Origin: Trichosphaerium sp. ATCC 40318
Lineage: Eukaryota; Protista; Tubulinea
Length of the DNA: 64,000 nt
Direction of reading: 5' to 3'
Assembly (NCBI GenBank): GCA_038496445.1
Contig: JALMLS010000185.1
Span: 46,901 to 110,900, forward strand
In this document: one piece after another, positions 39,585-55,175 of the stretch
How positions within the stretch are numbered: position 1 is the first letter of the stretch
Layout of the letters: every line of letters starts with the position of its first letter
The notes under the pieces: generated by a model
Told to the model about the DNA's origin: nothing
The model's database searches: none
What the model saw: the letters and a program-made list of their open reading frames with translations, nothing else
Made by a program: the position numbers and the translations under genes

Positions 39585-40047
39585 TTTAAATAATACCTCT
39601 TCTGATAATAAACTCCACAAAGAATAAATAAACAAACCAGCTCACTAATGCACAACATGAACTATTTGATATTGTACCTGCATATTGTCCGTACCATTCA
39701 AGTTTGCAACACGTTTGGCAGAAGTATAAGATCTTAACAAAACTGACAGATCTTGTAAGTTCACCTCACACTACTTCATGATTATTTAACGTCAATAAGT
39801 ATTACACTACAACATGAAAAAGTGCTGAAACGAGTAATTTCACACCATAATAGACCGTCCTACACTACCATCAAGTTTAGTGTACATTACAGTATAAAAA
39901 AAGAATAATCGTTTAGTTGCACATTTGGCAAACAAAACAGTGCCGAAACGGTTCTCACACGTGTAAACAGCAGACAAGGGTGAGTGGCTTAAATCTACTA
40001 AATAAAACACGTGCATAAACTTAACAACTTATTGAATAAAGTATCAA

Positions 40048-40130
40048 ATGGCACCACATGTCAGCTTTAATCAACTCCCAATTCATTAGACTTCAGTGCA
40101 TTGAAGAGGACACGTGTCGTATCTACCCAA
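40048..40130 (+). pseudogene. Inverted 5' fragment of the F-box-4TM gene
   Basis: Upstream region plus MSALINSQFIRLQCIEED, then a deletion to CACGTGTCGTATCTACC. Confidence 0.65.
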
Positions 40131-40331
40131 TGGCTACTTTTACAAAACGGGTAACGGGTGTTGCCTACTATCAATATCAAGGAAGCCTTATCCAACGTTT
40201 CCTGAGATTTTGTCAAAGCATTGCATGGCATTCAACCGGTTGACATCTGATTTGCCCTATACAATTGGCTATTTTCATACCAAAAGTTGTATTCCAGAGA
40301 CTCCAGCTAACTATTAATTTATTTTGGTGAT

Positions 40332-41340
40332 TCAATTGGTTTTTTTCAACACAACAGGAACTATAATGAAGTAACATATGGCCAGTATCAGTCGGGATAT
40401 ACTCATAGCTATTAAAGCAAACCAGATATCGTCTCTATATTTATGTCCACATTCTCTTGTTGTTTGTGAGATTGCAATAGCACCTAACGTAAGAAAACCA
40501 AAAGATGCCAAGCCAATCAGAATACTAGGAAACCCAACAACAATTATCAGTTTCCTTTTTGTTCTACCTATACGAGGCAATAGCATTATCAGTCCATGCA
40601 TAATGAGTGTACTTATGAAAGTGAATGCTCCATCATAGATAAGCCACGCGTGTATAGCAATCACTACAAAAGTTAAGTCATAGAATCTCTATTGAGTAAC
40701 ATAAAAAGACCTAGTTGAAAACGCTTAAAGCGTTCTTACTAAGACTGTACATGTTGCAAACTTTTAAAGTAACTGAACATATACTTTCGATGTAAGAGGT
40801 TGACTTAGAGACACGTGCTAGAGGTTAAACTGAGGTATTTTAAAGTTCAATAAACTTGAAAACAAACTGCAATACCTGGATAGTAATGACATGATTTTCG
40901 TGGCATAAAGAATCCTAGAGCGATCTCGAAAGAACCTGCAATAATCCTATATTTCTTTAACTGTTTGTGCAATATAGGGTCACGTTTAAGTGGCGTACAT
41001 AAATATCCTTAGTAGCTTTATGAAGCAATTATTTTGAATGGTCTTGCCAAGCTTAAGCCATTTCTCTGCTATTGCTGCTTCCCTTTCCATTTTCTTTCGT
41101 TGTCGTACAATATCTAGCGTTTCGATGTACCACTGAGACCATATGACTGGATCTTCAACACAATATGCCCAACGGGTAGATACGACACGTGCGTTGCGAA
41201 CACCGACTAAATTCAAGTTTTTTAACACCAATAGAAACGTTTCATCGGGTAGTGTATCAAATGGACTGCTTATGGTGTCATCTTCAATGTTCTGAAGTCT
41301 AATGAATTGGGAGTTAATTAAAGCTGACATATGGTGCCAT
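40332..41340 (-). CDS. F-box + coiled-coil + four-transmembrane protein, divergent paralog
   Basis: Splices MAPY|NIEDD..F-box..IFM|IIAGSFEIALGFF..CHYYP|VIAIHAWLIYDGAF..; all junctions GT-AG and in frame. Confidence 0.72.
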
Positions 41341-42249
41341 TTGATACTTTATTCAATAAGTTGTTAAGTTCATGCACGTGTTTTATTCAGTAGATTTAAG
41401 CCACTCACCGTCACCTCAAAACTTTAGATTATTTAAGATCAGTAAGTATTACACTACAACATGAAAAAGTGCTGACGCGAGTAATTTCACACCATAATAG
41501 ACCGTCCTACACTACCATCAACTTTTAGCGCACATTAAAGCCTAAAAAAGGAATAATCGTTTAGTTGCACATTTGGCGAAACAACTGTTCCCGAAACGGT
41601 TCTCACGTGTAAACAGGTCGCACAAGGCTTTATGAAGATTTTACAATGTGCATTATCCATATTTGAGTAGTTTGAGTGGATATTTCAGTGAACTCTATCC
41701 CACAATTTATTTTTTGGATAATATGTTGTGCATAAAAGTATTGTTGGATTATTCATATTAATGTGAAAGAGATCGAGGTTTCTTTCATAAAAAAACAACG
41801 GCTGTACAATGAGTATGATATAATAGAGTACACACAAGAAGGCAATTTTATTTTCCAACACATCGTGACTTGATGTAAGAGTTGGGTTACAAGGTCTAGT
41901 GCACAGTGTATTCTATAATCATTCTCATTGAGGTGGGCTGCCATCGAAATTGGCTCAAGGCTTGATGTAGAAGATCAAGCTTTGGCTGCCATTGGACTTG
42001 GCCTCCAGGAGCTTTGCTGCCCGGCAAAGATACTTAGGGCCCTCAACTACTATCTTCGGGTTCTACAACTGATGATTAAGGTAGTTGCGTTGTTTTTTTT
42101 GCATTATTTGTGTGGAAGTGCTTCTAATAATGTTGGTGACGATAGTCGCTCATGGTATTGTAGTAGCTACAGTTGTGTATTTTGAGTAATTGTACTCAGA
42201 AGGAGTCTGTATTCTGTCATCAGCGAAGATGAACATTTATAAATAAGTA

Positions 42250-43148
42250 TTAGAGATGCAGTGTTTTGCAACAAGATTTGTGACAACAGGATTGTAAGAT
42301 GGAAATGTTATTGAACATAGCCTTGTTATCGCAAGTATTGGTTCTCTTCATATAGAACATCGCTAGTGCATATCTCTTTATCTTCTTTAAAATAAGTCTG
42401 TATATATTCTTCTTAAAGAAGCCATGAAAGTTCAAGGATCCATCTTTATTCCACTTTCTGTAATGACCTTCTTTTCTACCTTTATTGTACTGACACCTTT
42501 TTAAAATCTTACCATTACTATACCAAGCCGCTTTTTTACCTCCAACTGTGCTCTTGCTCACCATCAAGCATCCATTTATAATACCACAATCTAAAGGTAC
42601 CGTTTCCTTTATTGAGAGAATACTCACGCTCTTTAATCACTACACCAAATTCTGTACACTCGATACTTACCATGCTTTTTTCCGTGATGATATTCTATAT
42701 CGCTCTCTTCCTATTCCTATTTTTGAACCACTCTCGTTCACGGTCATGGTTTTTTCCATTATGATAGTCGGTTTTCCGTCCACTTCATACGCGGTCTGTT
42801 CGCCATCAAGCTCCTTGATGGTAGCTCCTTCTTCTCTCAAAATACTCGAAGAGTACCATATTTTATACTCCATGTTTTATGCCTTCCTTGTACGTTGTAT
42901 GGCTCCCATTATCATGCCATTGGCGCGAAACACCATCTAGAATACCGTTGTAGTTTACTTTCAAAAATGAAATTTGTGTTTCGAGGTGTGGATAGTTCTT
43001 GATGAACATCCCATGCTTTTCAAGGCGTCTATTAAACCTAGATGTTTAAGCTGCTTGGTAGTTTAATAAAGGCCGTTTGACGTATGTAGTATGGTCTAGA
43101 CTTCTTATTAAGTACTGTGACTCTAGGAATACCAAGTAATGTATTCAT
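42250..43148 (-). pseudogene. Degenerate F-box-like + MORN-variant gene
   Basis: MNTLLGIPR/QYLIRSLDHTTYVKRPLL at about 43148; EYKIWYSS and WYSNGKILKRCQYNKGRKEGHYRKWNKDG in broken frames. Confidence 0.65.
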
Positions 43149-43458
43149 AGCGCTGTGGTTTATTTTTTTGAGGTCATAAAGGGCAAAAAACGGGACTTCA
43201 GTGAACTTGTGTTAACGATTAACACATGTAACTTTCCAACACTATGTCATTTGATGACAAAGAATGTTATGACTTTATTTAACAATATTTTCTTGTTGTG
43301 GATCATTAAATCGGGTAACACAATGAGTTGTTTACCTAAATAAATACACTTTGGAATTGACTCAGATTTGGATAAAAAGAGTATCGTTTACCTTTCCTTA
43401 TATCTGCGCAAGCTGTAAAATAACATTATAAATTGAGGGGAGCAGTGAATGTGATTCA

Positions 43459-44238
43459 TCAGTGTGGTAGGTTGTTAGTTAATTTTCCATTCTTCATGTA
43501 ACAATATTGTATTATTGTTCCTTCACTGGACCATTGTGTAAAGTAGCCTTCTGCCTTACCATCCTTTAAGGTACATTCTTCTTTAATTTGTCCATTATTG
43601 TACCACTCCTTGTGCATACCGTTTGCTATACCATCAATCACAAAAAATTTTTTCCTCAATTTACCATTTCTATAGTACTCCTTATACTCTCCATTTGTTT
43701 TCTTGTTAACCTTATAAAGTTCTTTTTCTAAAACTCCATTATCATACCATGTTCTATACAACCCGTCTGCCTCTCCATCAACCATTTCAGATTCAAAAGA
43801 AAGTTGACCATTTTTATGCCACTTTTTTATTGTTCCATTTGCTTTACCATTAACTATCATAAACTCTCCTTCAAGTGTACCATTATCATACCACGATCTA
43901 ACTAAACCAGAAGTAACACCATTAATCCTAGTAGCTTGAGCTTTGATATTTCCGTTTGGATGATACGCGATTATTGGTCCTGAAGGATGTACACTACGTT
44001 TTCTTATAGCACCTGTTTTATACCAAGATATCCATTCTCCTTTACGTCCAAGGCTCTCATTAAAATGTGTGTTTGTTGCTGCTCTCTTGGAGAGTGTGTG
44101 AAACTTTGTAAAAGCAGATGAGTTGAAAGTACAAATATACTCTTGTATTTCACGTGGTAAGTCAAGAAGAGAAAATGAATGATCAATTCGAGAACTTTGC
44201 TTTAATTTTTTGATTGTATTCACTTGTTTACTGGACAT
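43459..44238 (-). CDS. Intronless F-box-like + MORN-variant repeat protein
   Basis: LLDLPREIQEYICTFN..FTKFHTLSKRAA followed by GxxxxWYDNGxL repeats; paralog of 23502-24773. Confidence 0.87.
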   Translation of the reverse strand: MSSKQVNTIKKLKQSSRIDHSFSLLDLPREIQEYICTFNSSAFTKFHTLSKRAATNTHFNESLGRKGEWISWYKTGAIRKRSVHPSGPIIAYHPNGNIKAQATRINGVTSGLVRSWYDNGTLEGEFMIVNGKANGTIKKWHKNGQLSFESEMVDGEADGLYRTWYDNGVLEKELYKVNKKTNGEYKEYYRNGKLRKKFFVIDGIANGMHKEWYNNGQIKEECTLKDGKAEGYFTQWSSEGTIIQYCYMKNGKLTNNLPH

Positions 44239-44651
44239 CTTATAAAGCCTTTCAATACCTTACATTAATAAATAATTAGGAAAATAAAAATTATTGTAAT
44301 ACTGTTCACTCTGGCGTTGTAGTAGGCCAAAAAGACTGTTTTGTAGAAACAAAAAATTAATACGTACGGATAGGATTATTACAGCTCGTAATACTTTAAT
44401 ATGTTATTCCGTGTGGTACTAAAAAGTACATCCAAGAAGTAGAGGTAAGAAAATTGATGTGAGGGCAACGTATGACAAACAAAGGGACGATTGAAATTGT
44501 TTTTAATTCAGTTGACCAAACGCTCCACTGTATGGCACGTGATGTGGTTGTTTGGAAAACAAGCTCATTGACATGAGGATATATACACGACAATGTTTTT
44601 AATTTATTACTAGTAACATAGGAGTAATCCTTTTGATGTTGAATTGACTTT

Positions 44652-46997
<2,346 letters not shown>

Positions 46998-48491
46998 AAC
47001 TAGAGATCTCCGACAAAGATAAATTTTGACACCAAGCAACTTAACGCCAACAAACTTAACACTCGAAACTAGGCGTTGCAATAATTATGACGTAAGCTTA
47101 GAGTAACCCAGTATTGACTTCGGTGCGTGTTTGAGTTTACCGATTTATGGTAGATTGTTTTGTAGGTACTCTATTTTCGGCACGTGCTGGATATGGTATT
47201 CAATATGTCAACAGCGTTACTCAACATCACGTTATTGCTTGATGCGTTAGGACCTTCACCTCTTCCTTCTCACTTGATTATCAAGATAGGTGGTATTAGG
47301 AGGAGGACTCTAAAGCTTTGTGGCTCTAGCAAGGTCCTTGATGATTGTGTAGTGTACTTTAAAAACAATCGTTGAAGAAAGACTTTTAATTAATTTGTTA
47401 GCAGTTTTTTTGCTTTGCTACAAGTGAATTAGCTTCCATGCTTTATCTGCATGCCTCGTCTGCTGAACGCCACATAATTTGTTAAAAATACAGCTGCTTC
47501 CTAAACATACTTTTGTTACATGAAATGTGAAGTACCACGTGGGATTTCTAAAGACTTACGTATGGTTTAGGATAAAACCAAGCTGCGTTTTCTTTTTTAT
47601 GACCTCCTATGTTTATAGTATAATAGCTCGCTTTACCTTTCCAAGGACACTTTGTATGTTTTGATGTTGTAAATAACAGGTCTTTCTTTACATCTTTTGG
47701 TGGGAAATATGCGTTTCCTTAATGAATCAATTAGTGGTACTAGAAACAAGCAAAAACGGAAAACAAAAAAATATGTTTTCACCGGCCGGTTTGATTGTGC
47801 GTTATCGACAGTTTTAAGTGCAGTTAAAATCTCGAATAAGGCAGGAAAACATGAGACATGATAAAGCTATAAATAGTTGTGAACAGTCACTGTTAATTTG
47901 TTCTTCAAACTGTTTTTTTTTTTGCAAATATAATCAAAAATATAAAATATCTCACCTTCAACCATGATACACTTACTACTTTTGGCAATTATAGTATCCC
48001 TCCACTTTGCTTCACATGTTACAGTATGTAATTTTTCTTTTTGTTCTTCAGTTGATGATGCTAAACACGTGTGAAGATTGAAAAACGTGCAAAAAAAAAA
48101 AAAGAGATGGAAGAAACCAAAATTAGCCACGTGGTACCTATTGATGACGAAAATACGCCTGTAAAATATAGCATACCAAGAACCTTTTGTTTTAACAATG
48201 TTAATCAACAATAACACGTGCGTAACGTAATAAATGTAATTACTTAAAACGTACTCCAGCAGCGATATACACCAGTCGTATGTATGTTTTATGCGAATAA
48301 GAATTAAACATGCTAAAAAAACCCGTGCGTTAGCCACCAACGGATTTGAACTAAAGGGTCCAAGAAAAAACTGAAGCTCAACGTACTTTTGCCTCAACAA
48401 TGGTCACTAAAAAGCGTAGCTTACTTTCTTTGACAATCTCATATTTGTGATCTGCTAACAAACCTGATTTCAGGCTCAAATATGAACAAAT

Positions 48492-49293
48492 ATGAATGAA
48501 CCTTTAATGACCATACAACACCTTCCAGTAGAGATACAACTTGATATTATAGACTTTGACGTTGATTTGTATCTTAAATGGCCGTTATTATCAAAGGGAA
48601 TGGCATTTACTACAAGATATGACGGTGAGTTTAACAAACATGGTAAATGGCTGAAATACACGTGCCAACAAACAGACGTCACATCACATCAAGCGAGAAA
48701 TGGTACATTGGAAGCATGGTAAGCGTCACGGAGAGTCAAAGACATGGCATGATAATAGTCAATTGAAGAAACAGTCCACATATGTCAATGATAAGCAAGA
48801 AGGAGAGGTGAACCATTGGTATAACAATAGTCAAATGTCTAGACAGTATCATTGTATAAATGATAAAGTTAACGGGCAGTACAAGGTATGGCATTCTAAT
48901 GGTGTACTGAGCACTAAGTTTGAGTTGTTAAATGATAAAAAAGAAGGAGAATGCAGTCACTATTATTCAACTGGTCAGCTAGAGGTGAAGTGTAACTACG
49001 TTGATGGTAAACTTAAAGGACAGTATGAATATTGGTATTACAACGGTAAACTCCACAAGAAGTATAACTTTAACAGTAATGGTAAGCGGGAAGGAGAGTG
49101 TAAAACATGGTATGGTAATGGCAACTTACAAGTTAAGCTATTCTACAGTAATGGAAAACAGGAAGGAAAATACAAGTGTTGGTACCAAAATGGGCAAGTA
49201 AAACGGGAGTGCAACTATATAAATGGACTTCTTAATGGAGAGTTTAAGGAGTGGGATCGTAATGGCAACTTGAAAATACATAGAACTCACTAA
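48492..49293 (+). pseudogene. F-box-like + MORN-variant repeat gene with one frameshift
   Basis: IQHLPVEIQLDIIDFD ORF 48492-48722 overlaps the repeat ORF 48700-49293 in a different frame; no intron signal at the junction. Confidence 0.75.
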
Positions 49294-49626
49294 ATAAATA
49301 CAGCATAAACTTCCTCCTTGTGGGCCAAAGGGGTTCGAAAGCCGATATCCAGTTGTATCAAACTGAGGTCTTTCATATTTTTACACTAAGTTTTTTTTTG
49401 TCTATTTTGATGACTGGTTAGTTGATAATCTAGAGCTGGCACAAACATTTTCATGCTTACCTACGTTTCAAAATAACGCCTCACTTTACAATTTGAACTA
49501 TATATTTAACTGCACATATATTTTCATATACATGGATATGATCAATACAAAATATCCATCAAATTAGTTTGGTAGAAGTTTTAAACTTAATCCTAAACTT
49601 CATTTTCTGGGTTTTTTCTTACTTTT

Positions 49627-51912
49627 CTACACTGATTCCAATGAAATAGGCTTTTGTTGTTCTTCTGATTCTTCATCTTCTTCTGTTGAATTTTTTACTT
49701 TCCTTATGAGTAATTGTTCTTCTCCTTCTTGTTCAGCAATGATCAACTGTTCTTCAATACCGTTTTGATTACTAATAGAAATTGAAGTAACGGGAGGGTT
49801 TGGCTTTGGCAAAAAGCTGTAAATAATAAAAGCCCAGAAAAACAGCATTCCACATAATGCTCCAGCTATCTTGTATGATCCCTAAATAGTAAAACAATAA
49901 ATACAAGCTCCAGAACCATTTGTTTATGCAGAAACAGAAAAGTTGCAAAGAATCAAAAAAACTAGAAAACACGTGTTGAAGCGGCATTCTACGTTATGTA
50001 GAGTTCTAATTTGAAAGGAGTGTTTTAATTATAAAGTAACGCACAAAGTAATCGAAAATCAAACCGCCTATTGGAGGACCAATAAGATTTCCAGGACCAA
50101 ATGCACTGAAAAGTAATCCTTGTATGGATGCCAAGTTTCCAACTCCATAGTATTCTGCAACTAGTACTGGTACAACAGCTACAAGAGATCCTGATGTAAA
50201 ACCATAAAGTATAGAGAACGCCATGAGAGAACTTAAATTGTAATAAGAAAGTGTAATCGACAGTGAAGCAAAAAATAAAGAAGAGAAAATATGACAACAA
50301 CTTTGAAGCAAAAGGTACGAGTAACTGAAGTTTATGATATTTTTAAGTGTTTCTAAAATAAGGAGGACGTACTAAAAGTTTGGTAAGAATGGCCATACAG
50401 GCACAGCAATAGCCATAACTAAGGAAACTTGCTTAGCCAAACTTCAAAAAAAAAGTAGTAAACATACCAAATAGAGACATCTTCATCAGTCTCATATTTC
50501 CTATTTTATCAGCCAAAGCACCAAGTGCTAGTCGCCCAACAATAGATGCTCCTCCAAAACCGGATATAAGAAGTGATGATTCAACATCCGTGATACCCTA
50601 AAAGTAACAAGTAAGCAGATTAATTTATCTTTTTCTTCAACAATAAGTACCTTGTCTTCTCCATCAGGAGCAACATGTACAATAGGTATAAACCAAGCAA
50701 TACCCTACATCATATTTAGGTATATTTTCATAATAATATAGACGCACCATTAAGACACCAGCAGTGTATAACATTAAAAATGTGCGGTCTTTTAGTACTG
50801 AAAAATCACACGTTTTGGCTCCTTTTCTTTTCATATCTTTTGGGAATCTATTCCTTACAAACCACGATGTGACCAACATGGGAGCTAAACATATTTAGAC
50901 AATTAGGTATCATGTTGGTACTTTCAAGAGATAGAGAAGCCTAAACATACCAATAAACGCCAGATAAACTCTAAAACAAAATCTCCAATCTTTGCCAGTT
51001 TCAATAAAATAAGCAAAAAGAGGTGGAAGCGCTAATCCACCTACTCCAGTGCCTAAACCACATTCAGTTACCAATATCTCTATACTAACTCATATACTTA
51101 CCGGCGACACCTACACCAACAGCAAGCCCACGTTTCTTGTTAAACCATTGTGTCATTACAGTTACTAAAAAAGAAGTTATTTCTTTTTTGATTAAAAAGG
51201 TAATAAAAACAATCACGTGACATGACGAATTTTACATACTTGTTGGTAATGCGCATCCCGAGTTCGCTACACCAGACATGACACTGAAAGTGAGAAAGAG
51301 AAGGTACAAGTTCGGAACAAACGAAGAAGCAGCGACACCAACAAGTAGAACGATAGTGAAAACAAAGACGACATTATGGAAACCAAATGCGTCACAAGCG
51401 ATACCAAGAAACCCATTTGCTACTGCAGTCTATAAAAAAAAAGCATACAATTAAAGGATAGAAAGGTGAGAACAAATAGCTGTACACTAAGGAACACACA
51501 AGATCAAAAAAAAAAAGAAAAAAAAAAGCAAAACCCCAAGGTACGAATTCATTCATTTGAGCGGTAACAAGTGAATTGTGCTTCATGTAGAATTCATTAA
51601 TGGACGTACTACAGCTGTGGTTATAGATACAACCCATGACACGTCTGCACGGCCGACATTGAAGTATGTAGCTTGAGGTATGTTATTAGGCGATCAAAAT
51701 GATCAGTGGCGTGCCTATAGGAATAACAAACACGCCAAACGTATAAACCATACCAAAAGCTGTATTTCAATTAGTATTTTTGTTAGCCTTTAAAGAACCT
51801 CCGTAACCACTTTGCAGGCGTAGCAGAGTGTCAACGTACTAACAAAATGATGGTAGAACGCTATCGCGACGTATATCCAACCAAAGGCTGTGTCTGTCTT
51901 ATGTTTGCCCAT
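49627..51912 (-). CDS. MFS monocarboxylate transporter-like (SLC16/MCT family)
   Basis: FGWIYV, QWFNKKRGLAVGVGVAGTGVGG, WRFCFR, DFSVLKDRTF, IVGRLALGALADKIG, GNLIGPPIGGLIFD, GSY. Confidence 0.9.
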
Positions 51913-52218
51913 TTTTGCCAATACCAGGCAACTAGGTGTGTACTCGACTTTGTTTGAGTTTAAGGTTCAAGAGAATAAAACCATTTGGCATAAAATGTCG
52001 CAAAATAAGCAAACAGCGAGAGACCCTACAAATAACCGATATTGTAAAGTAGATACTTGTAGCGCAAACAATAGATACTACCAAACTGTTCATTTGCTAA
52101 TCGTTTATGCTTAAAACGCACTATCAGCGTATTATAGGGCTAAATCAACGCTTTCCTGTTGAGTGTCAGGCGTAGTAAACTTATTAGAGTCAACGTCGGA
52201 CAATACAATCCAGCAACC

Positions 52219-53222
52219 ATGAGAATAGCACTACGAGCAAGCAGACTTACTAGCACCAACCACACGCAAAGATCGTTGCGCTTACATAAAATTAAGCGAA
52301 ATAATGTAGCCAACAACAATTCAATCGTTAAAAAATATACCAGGTCATATACTGTACAGGTGCGGTGATGTTAGCGTATTATTACTAATTCAACAGCATT
52401 TTCAAAGTGCATGGGACCAGGAGTCGGATACTCCTATATCTATAGGCGTAGACGCAATGGAAATAGATGAGCGCTTAATATATCTAGCACAGAAAGGATG
52501 GCAAAGGTTTAAAAAACGCCCTGTAGCGTTGTTCGTTAACTCCTCCATGTAAGGTCCTTAGAACAAACCCTCGACGAGCAATGTGTTGCTGTAAATGACG
52601 TTCGAGATGATACAGGCAATTCACTACTTCATATAGCTTGTGAAAATGGGTATAAACAAACTATATTGGGTCTTCTAAAGAAAGGAGCTGAGGTACATGA
52701 CTTTAGACATTTTCAAAAAAAAGCGAAACCAACAAAACCGCTGGTTGAAGAGCTACTGCCTGCGCTGACATTTCACCTTTTCTCTTCTTCTGATTATCAA
52801 CAAGCTCTAACATTGCTTAACAGGTCAATGCAGTAAATGATCATGGCGAGACGCCTCTTATTGTTGCTGTAAAGAAAGGATGGGTTGTATCAGTTAATAT
52901 TTTAATACAATATGGAGCAAATCTTGATTATGTTGATCCACAAGGCAAACAAATAGAATTTTATATAAATGAAGGACATCATCGTATAAAAAAGATAGTA
53001 GAAATGGGTCACAGTACGTTTTTTTTTTTTTTTTTTGTGTCCCGAGTACGCAATAGTTCAAAAACAAATTTGAGGAGACTTTTTTGTCATTTTGACATTT
53101 TGACACTTTTTTTTATTACAGAGGGTAACTGTGAGGTTATGCATAAGGATCCAGTTACAGGAAGGATATCATACAAGGTTAAACGCATAGCTGAGCTAAA
53201 CGAACAAAGAGAAACTGAATAA
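52219..53222 (+). CDS. Ankyrin-repeat protein with an Arg/Ser-rich, presequence-like N-terminus
   Basis: GNSLLHIACENGY..LLKKGAEVNAVNDHGETPLIVAVKKGW..LIQYGANLD; N-terminus MRIALRASRLTS. Confidence 0.8.
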
Positions 53223-53319
53223 AAAGTTTTTTTTTTACGTCTTACTAAAAGTCAACTGTTTTATTTTGTTGAACTACGTACAATCCGCTATTTCTGTTAT
53301 AAGACTATGTTATAACCTC

Positions 53320-54129
53320 ATGGCTCGAAATAGCGAGAAGAATCAAGCTGTTCTAAATAGATTGTGGTTAGAAAAACAGCAAGGTGCGTTGATTTAGGCG
53401 TATTATGCTAATAAGCCATTAAGTAAAGCGTCCACAGCGTCCACCATTGGTATAGTTGGTATAAAATGTTAAAACCGCTAAAATACATCAGAGCAGACTC
53501 CATACAGCTGACCAAATACAAAAATGGATACCACAGATAAAAGCAGATATGAATTTCTGTTTACGACATGTGTCTGGCATAAGAAACTACCCTGACTACA
53601 AAATACGTGAATTTAAAGAGCGTTTAGGCGAATTACAGGTAGAATACAAACGGTACGGAACTTTTCGCTATTACCCCACACAAACACCTCATTTGGCTTA
53701 AGGTTCGTGAGAAAACGCAAACAGATGGCACTCATACCTTCAGAACCTAAAACCGATACAAAGGTAATTAAACCACAGCAAAACAACCTTCAATTGCTCT
53801 TTTAGTCGTCTCCCCTTCTCAGTCCCTTCAAGGATGATAACAGCGACTCCTCTGATGAAGAAGATGGAGAGCTTGTGTCACTGGTAGACGAGGATGAAGC
53901 AACAGGCTTCGCTGTATCTGAAGATTACCCTCAACGCCCTAAAAAGCGTAGAAGGATAGAGACGCCATTACTTGATGAAGAAGGTGCTATGGACGACGAA
54001 GAGATAGATATACAACCTATCACGTGTACAACACGTGATGATAGTACAGTTGCAACTTCTCATGATGAAGTTGACAGTGTTGTTGGAAATGGTGGGCTTG
54101 TTGCTGATTATTCCTCGTCTGATGAGTAA
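53320..54129 (+). CDS. ISY1-like protein (divergent)
   Basis: Starts MARNSEKNQAVLNR; QRPP..KWIPQIK..DYKIREFKERLGELQVEYKRF pattern; acidic tail GLVADYSSSDE*. Confidence 0.65.
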
Positions 54130-54423
54130 CAATAATGTAAATTAGTTTATTAATAAACAAGTGTAATTTGATCGATAAAAGTTGGTGCATTAGCATCGCT
54201 GTAATATGAAAAAAGACGTTAACCATAGATGAAGTAATAAACAAAGCTACTATATGTGCTTTTGCAAAAGACTATTTTTTGTTCTGACTTTGTAAACTTA
54301 TGTGTAAAACCAATACTTGAATCTATCGATCACGTATTACGTCTCCCTTAACTAACCGATTTTAAGTCAGGTTTCGTAAGTTAAAAAAAAGTGTCACAAA
54401 CTGAACACCACACCTGGAGCGAC

Positions 54424-54910
54424 ATGGATCCTCAACGACAAACTTTCTTTTCATTCTTCCTTAATCTTGTATCATCATCTCGTTACAAACTCCTTTCAAA
54501 ACCATGCACTGTGCGTAACGCTTCAAAAACACGTGATTTTTTTTTAACCCAACCAATTTTTTTAGGTTCATTTTAAAAGTTTGCCTTCTATCCCTGGATG
54601 GCTTGTTTATTTGGATGACAATGCTCTTAATGAGTTTTGGAGCTATGGAACAACTGGTAAAAGAAACCCTGAATCTGTTGTCCGTAATGCTATTAAATTT
54701 TGTATTCGCTCAAGCCTATCAGTGCGTCACAACAGCCTTACCTTTTTTGTCTGATTCAAATAGGGAGAACGAAAGAACTTCAAAACTTATAGTTATAACA
54801 ACGATACCCTGTATGAATTTGTTATATACCATACTACAGCGTCTATGACGACCAAGACAACTTTTCATCCAATTCTATGGATACTGAGGATGTTCAATAT
54901 GGGTTTCTAA
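54424..54910 (+). CDS. Small spliced hypothetical protein
   Basis: ATG 54424 and two plausible GT-AG introns give an open product ending ..ILWILRMFNMGF*. Confidence 0.35.
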
Positions 54911-55175
54911 TGTAGCAATCTACCAATAAAATAAGCTTTTGTATTCTAAAAGAAGCATAATTGTCACGGATACAAGTTCACGTGCCTTATCCCGAGCAAA
55001 TTAATAACGCGAATCGCATATTCAAGATAGCACACAATGTACTAGTAGCAGATCCCGAACCAGAAAGAAGACATAGTCAGAACTGCACGGGTGTTGCACG
55101 CGGAAGTAAGGTTACATTTTTCAGTAGCACTTGGCTTAACCGACTTAACACTGAACGGCAATTTACAACTAAAAC

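Larger units (their letters stand above)
39780..41616. repeat. About 185-bp direct repeat (39780-39970 and 41428-41616) bracketing F-box-4TM copies
   Basis: TAAGTATTACACTACAACATGAAAAAGTGCTGA...CCGAAACGGTTCTCAC..GTGTAAACAG occurs twice. Confidence 0.85.

Noticed and set aside
41750-42230. Possible decayed non-LTR retrotransposon fragment on the minus strand
   Set aside because: Composition is suggestive but no RT or endonuclease motif could be read
47150-48400. Possible spliced gene remnant and the 177-aa ORF 47867-48400
   Set aside because: No consistent open spliced frame or domain; the ORF looks like low-complexity intergenic sequence
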